Of a stretch of 64,000 bases of DNA, positions 60,349-64,000 are shown piece by piece (positions within the stretch are counted from its first letter, which is position 1; each line of letters starts with the position of its first letter). Below the pieces are notes generated by a model. The model did not search any database. It had not been told where the DNA came from and saw only the letters and a program-made list of their open reading frames with translations. Source of the stretch: Sulfurimonadaceae bacterium (lineage in GTDB: Bacteria > Campylobacterota > Campylobacteria > Campylobacterales > Sulfurimonadaceae); contig JBFHIS010000005.1 in the NCBI GenBank assembly GCA_041596355.1, forward strand, positions 29,430 through 93,429. The letters run 5' to 3'. Both the position numbers and the translations under genes were made by a program.

Positions 60349-60390
60349 CTGTAACCTTTCAAAAATTTAATATGCCGTTTAAAGTAAGGG

Positions 60391-60816
60391 TCAAAGACCC
60401 TGGTACTCTTCAGCGATAGAACGTGCGATCGCATCGCACCGTTCATTCTCTTCATGTCCGGAATGGCCTTTTATCCAAACACCGAGTACTGTGTGTTGAG
60501 CGGACACTTTGACGTACTCTTGCCAAAGGTCCAGGTTCTTGACTTTTTTAAAGTCACGTTTTATCCAGTTGTCTAACCACTCGTTGATCCCTTTGACAAC
60601 ATAAGAGGAGTCTGAGATCACTTCGACGTGACAAGGTTCTTTTAGTGCTTTTAACCCTTCAATAACACCAAGGAGCTCCATGCGGTTATTCGTAGTGTGA
60701 GCTTCACCACCGCTTAATAGACGCTCTTTGCCGTTATAGCGTAAGATCGTCGCGTACCCTCCCGCTCCTGGGTTCCCCAAAGCACTGCCATCACTGAAAA
60801 GAGTTATTCGCTTCAA
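60391..60816 (-). CDS. rnhA: ribonuclease HI
   Basis: TDGSALGNPG..., TNNRMEL and DSSYV motifs; 141 aa. Confidence 0.93.
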   Translation of the reverse strand: MKRITLFSDGSALGNPGAGGYATILRYNGKERLLSGGEAHTTNNRMELLGVIEGLKALKEPCHVEVISDSSYVVKGINEWLDNWIKRDFKKVKNLDLWQEYVKVSAQHTVLGVWIKGHSGHEENERCDAIARSIAEEYQGL

Positions 60817-61834
60817 AGTGATCCTTTGTCAAAAGTGCTTCAGTAACGACAGAATCAATACTGTGGCAGTTCGGGCACCGGTGAAAACTAAAGGGATAGA
60901 TCTGTTTACACTCGCCGCAAAGGTAGTCAAACTGCAAGGTCGCACCGCTTTGGTCGGCTATGTTGAGTTTGATCAGCACATCAAACTCAAAAATGCTGCT
61001 CTCTTGCGCCAGCAGTGCTGTACCTTTAGCGCTGAAGAGTTCTCGCAGATAACTGTTAGAAGAGATTATATCCAAATTTGTCTCAGCCTCACGAGCATTC
61101 CAGAGGATGTCAAGGATCCGTTCAGACTGGCCAAGGTCCAGGTTTTTCCATGCCAAGTCCGGTGTATGACGGAAGAGATACTCGAAAATAAGATAGCTTA
61201 AAAGATGATGTTGCCGATAAAGTTCCAGCAGGAGTCCGGCCTTTTCATCGACGCCATATTGTGCGCTGCGGATAATAGAGACTGCCTGTAGGTAGACACG
61301 GTCTTTTCGGTTGTCGATGCCCAACTCATCGAGCGGTTCCAAAACTTCCAAAGCTTTGTCGAACTGGTGCATCTTCTCATAAATAATAAGGAGGTAACGG
61401 AGTGCCTTGGGTGTTCGGGGAAACTGTTTGAGTATCTGTAAAAAGATCTCCTGGGCACGTTCTAAAAAGCCGGCTTTAAAATAGGTCTGCCCCAACAGGT
61501 AGAGCGTTTCACTCTTTTCGGCCGGATCTTTCTGCATCTCGAGCATGATCAGATAGATCTCTATACACTTCTCATAGTCGCCGTTTTGATAGTAGGTCTG
61601 TGCCATGATCAGTGCAGATTTCTCTGAGATCGCCTGGGTACTCATGAGAGTCTTAAGCTCTTGTTCTGTCGGGGTTGAATTAAAAATGTCAAGAAAACTG
61701 TTAAGATGACGGGAATCTTCTTTGCGTTTAAAACGACCCCACCAATAAGAGATGAGGGCAATAACAAAGACAAGAGAGAAAAAGATGATGATGCCAAAAA
61801 GAGGATCACGAAATTCGATAAATAAGCTGTTCAC
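60791..61834 (-). CDS. TPR-repeat membrane protein with C-terminal zinc ribbon
   Basis: N-terminal TM; several TPR-like helices; CGECKQ...CPNCHS; 26-nt overlap with rnhA. Confidence 0.6.
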   Translation of the reverse strand: MNSLFIEFRDPLFGIIIFFSLVFVIALISYWWGRFKRKEDSRHLNSFLDIFNSTPTEQELKTLMSTQAISEKSALIMAQTYYQNGDYEKCIEIYLIMLEMQKDPAEKSETLYLLGQTYFKAGFLERAQEIFLQILKQFPRTPKALRYLLIIYEKMHQFDKALEVLEPLDELGIDNRKDRVYLQAVSIIRSAQYGVDEKAGLLLELYRQHHLLSYLIFEYLFRHTPDLAWKNLDLGQSERILDILWNAREAETNLDIISSNSYLRELFSAKGTALLAQESSIFEFDVLIKLNIADQSGATLQFDYLCGECKQIYPFSFHRCPNCHSIDSVVTEALLTKDHFEANNSFQ

Positions 61835-62016
61835 ATCCTCTCCTTAGAATAGAGGGCATTTTTAAAAGCCCTCAAAATTATACCCCACAGTAACTTTTGA
61901 AAAGCAAACTATAGCGAAGTCGAGATATCTCCCGCGAAGAAGAGTACGGCTGATATCACATAATAATCACAACAGATCATGAAAGATCAAATATGACGTA
62001 AATAATAATAAATGTA

Positions 62017-62046
62017 TTGACTTTAACCGTCAAGACACTCTATAAT
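62017..62046 (+). promoter_or_regulatory. sigma70-like promoter (TTGACT-N18-TATAAT) whose -35 lies in the palindrome TTGACTTTAACCGTCAA
   Basis: Read directly from the sequence; 38 bp upstream of the recombinase-like gene start. Confidence 0.45.
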
Positions 62047-62083
62047 GATGATGAAAATAAAAAAACGGGAGGTTTATTCGTCA

Positions 62084-62749
62084 ATGGCAATTAGTTATAT
62101 CCGCCCAGATAAATATTTTGACGGCGCTTTCGAGCAGCTAAAAAGCATAAATGCTTATGCTCAAGCGAGTAATATTGAAATCTCTAATGAATATGTTGAC
62201 CATACCTCGCAGAACAATACTTTGGATGCACGCGAAGCAGTCGTAACTTTTTTTAGAAACAACCAAAATAGAGATCTGCTCATATCAGACATATGGGTAT
62301 TGAGCAGTAATATTACGGACCTTCTACAAATGGTCGCTTGTCTGTTGAAAAACAATATGCGTATTCATGTGATAAACGCCGGTGTTGTGATCGATCAGAA
62401 GAGTGAGATTATGCTGGTCTTAGGTATTATCGATCAGCTGCGACAGGTCTTGGAGAGTAGAGAGAAGAAGATGATCGGCCGTCCGAAAGGGAGCCGTTCC
62501 TCCTCGAAGTTCGATCCCTATTTGGATCAGATCATCGGGTACATACGTGACAATTTGAGTGTCAGTGCAATGGCCCGCGAAATGAATGTAAGCCGTAGTT
62601 CGTTGAAAGACTACATTGAGTCGCGGGAGCTGAAAGAGGTGGCAAAAGGTCTTGTCACTTTGGATGTCCCTGCTGATGCAGAAGAGAAGGTGATAGGTAC
62701 GATAGTCTGTCCCCATTCAGAAAAAAACATAGAGGAGTCAACAGTATGA
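62084..62749 (+). CDS. serine recombinase (resolvase/invertase) homolog lacking the catalytic serine; C-terminal HTH
   Basis: Start set at the ATG 10 nt after a GGGAGG RBS. N-terminus ISYIRPDKYFDG aligns with resolvase GYARVSTxxQ with Ser replaced by Pro. C-terminal RPKGS...LSVSAMAREMNVSRSSL is an HTH. Confidence 0.65.
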   Translation: MAISYIRPDKYFDGAFEQLKSINAYAQASNIEISNEYVDHTSQNNTLDAREAVVTFFRNNQNRDLLISDIWVLSSNITDLLQMVACLLKNNMRIHVINAGVVIDQKSEIMLVLGIIDQLRQVLESREKKMIGRPKGSRSSSKFDPYLDQIIGYIRDNLSVSAMAREMNVSRSSLKDYIESRELKEVAKGLVTLDVPADAEEKVIGTIVCPHSEKNIEESTV

Positions 62750-64000
62750 GTGAAGTTGCTGCAGTCGAGAAAAAATCGACAAAAGATTATTTAAAAGGGT
62801 GGATCCCGTTCCGTATAATGCGTTATTGGTTCTTCGGACTGGTTACTGCATTCGCACTGATCGCGCCATGGATCTCAATTGGTGGAAACCATCTTTTTTT
62901 ACTCTCTTTTGACAAGTTGAAGCTGCATCTTGCTTTTGTGCAGTTCGATATGCAAGAGATGTATTTAATGCCATTTATCCTGATGATCCTTTTTATAGGT
63001 ATTTTTGGGATAACAGTTGTTGGCGGCCGTGTTTTTTGTGGATGGATGTGCCCTCAGACGATCTTCCGTGTTCTCTACCGTGATCTTATAGAGACAAAGC
63101 TCTTAAAGCTTCGTAAGCGAATTAAAAACAAACAAAATGAACCGGACATGTCCAAGGTTGAAAATCAGGTGAAAAAGGTCATTGCCATATTAATATGGAC
63201 TGTGCTTTCGTTTATCGCCGCGGCGGATTTCCTGTGGTACTTCGTTCCGCCGGAAGACTTTTTTGCCTATATGGCACACCCGATGGATCACCTGATCCTG
63301 GTCGGGACATTGATTACTATTGCTCTCTTTTTGATCGTTGATGTTGTAATGATCAAAGAGACTTTCTGTGTCTATGTCTGCCCATATTCACGTATACAGT
63401 CGGTACTCTATGATGATGATACGGTTATGGCGATCTACGATCCGCATCGTGGCGGTAAGATCTATGATGAACATACAAAACTGTTCACAAAAGAGAAAGA
63501 TATCCGCGCAGCCGAACCGACTTCTGAATGTACGGCTTGTGAATCGTGTGTAACGGTCTGTCCGACGCACATCGATATTCGTCAGGGTCTGCAGCTTGAA
63601 TGTATAAACTGTCTTGAATGTGTAGATGCCTGTACCGCTGTTATGGGTAAACTGGGAAAAGAGTCTCTTGTCCGTTGGTCAAGTGACAAAGAAGTTATTC
63701 ACCAAGAAGGTAAGACAAATTACTTCCGTCCTAAAGTCCTTGGATATGCCGTGATACTTGTCATTATTATGGGTGTCCTTGCTGCTATGAGTACAACAAA
63801 AGAGCACATGCTTCTCAACATTAACAAAGAGAGCCGTCTGTATGATATCAAGACGATAGACAATGGTGTGAAACGCGTTGGAAATGCTTATGTCTTCTTG
63901 CTTCAAAATACAGAAAACAAGGATCACAAGTTCTATTTTGATGTTATTGCTCCGGCAGCATACGAAGGTAAGATCAAGATCTTGAAACCGACTGCACCGT
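62746..64000 (+). CDS. ccoG: cbb3 oxidase accessory protein CcoG/FixG (4Fe-4S ferredoxin-type), 5' part; continues beyond the window
   Basis: AGGAG RBS; TM helices; CGWMCPQ; two Cys clusters CTACESCVTVCP and CINCLECVDAC; the open frame reaches the window end. Confidence 0.85.
   Translation, partial: MSEVAAVEKKSTKDYLKGWIPFRIMRYWFFGLVTAFALIAPWISIGGNHLFLLSFDKLKLHLAFVQFDMQEMYLMPFILMILFIGIFGITVVGGRVFCGWMCPQTIFRVLYRDLIETKLLKLRKRIKNKQNEPDMSKVENQVKKVIAILIWTVLSFIAAADFLWYFVPPEDFFAYMAHPMDHLILVGTLITIALFLIVDVVMIKETFCVYVCPYSRIQSVLYDDDTVMAIYDPHRGGKIYDEHTKLFTKEKDIRAAEPTSECTACESCVTVCPTHIDIRQGLQLECINCLECVDACTAVMGKLGKESLVRWSSDKEVIHQEGKTNYFRPKVLGYAVILVIIMGVLAAMSTTKEHMLLNINKESRLYDIKTIDNGVKRVGNAYVFLLQNTENKDHKFYFDVIAPAAYEGKIKILKPTAP

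Overview
This is a 64-kb chromosomal window that looks Campylobacterota-like (epsilonproteobacterial); this is an inference from gene content and order (nifS-nifU, tig-clpP-def, aroC-rnc-rnhA, T-rich TGnTAnAAT promoters, about 45% GC). It is mostly housekeeping and envelope genes. Coding content includes: tandem B12-binding radical SAM paralogs; a large PAS/GAF-GGDEF-EAL c-di-GMP sensor; a ThiI-like PP-loop enzyme; dnaG and rpsU; purT; a D-2-hydroxyacid dehydrogenase; thioredoxins; a two-subunit SdhAB-type flavoprotein/Fe-S pair; yajQ; a lipoprotein with Ig-like repeats plus an ice-binding-like C-terminal domain; a 945-aa Suv3-like helicase; MscS; DUF481 outer-membrane proteins; an SPFH/SHOCT protein coupled to a triple zinc-ribbon protein; an NSS transporter; thiG; purN; nnr; a KpsF-like isomerase; an RluB-like pseudouridine synthase; rarA; comM; folE; a pspA-DUF1449-flotillin operon; tig-clpP-def; nifS-nifU; a PIN-PhoH protein; aroC-rnc-rnhA; a catalytically degenerate serine-recombinase homolog; and the 5' part of ccoG. 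RNA genes: tRNA-Ala(GGC), and an eight-gene minus-strand tRNA cluster (Pro, His with encoded G-1, Arg, Arg, Leu, Leu, fMet, Gln). No rRNA, CRISPR array, integrase or obvious prophage was seen. The most unusual signal is a family of four related non-coding repeat loci, roughly 150-450 bp each, at about 12.9 kb, 17.4 kb, 38.2 kb and 57.9 kb. Two copies share a promoter-like head. Blocks of sequence are conserved but rearranged between copies. One hairpin keeps its pairing through compensatory base changes and a G:U wobble across copies. One copy carries a perfect 30-bp inverted repeat flanking 290 bp. A tandem array of the same arm unit overlaps the purN start codon. I interpret this as a candidate structured sRNA paralog family, a MITE, or an IS200/605-derived element, possibly undescribed. 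All coordinates were derived by hand from the sequence, and no database search was run.
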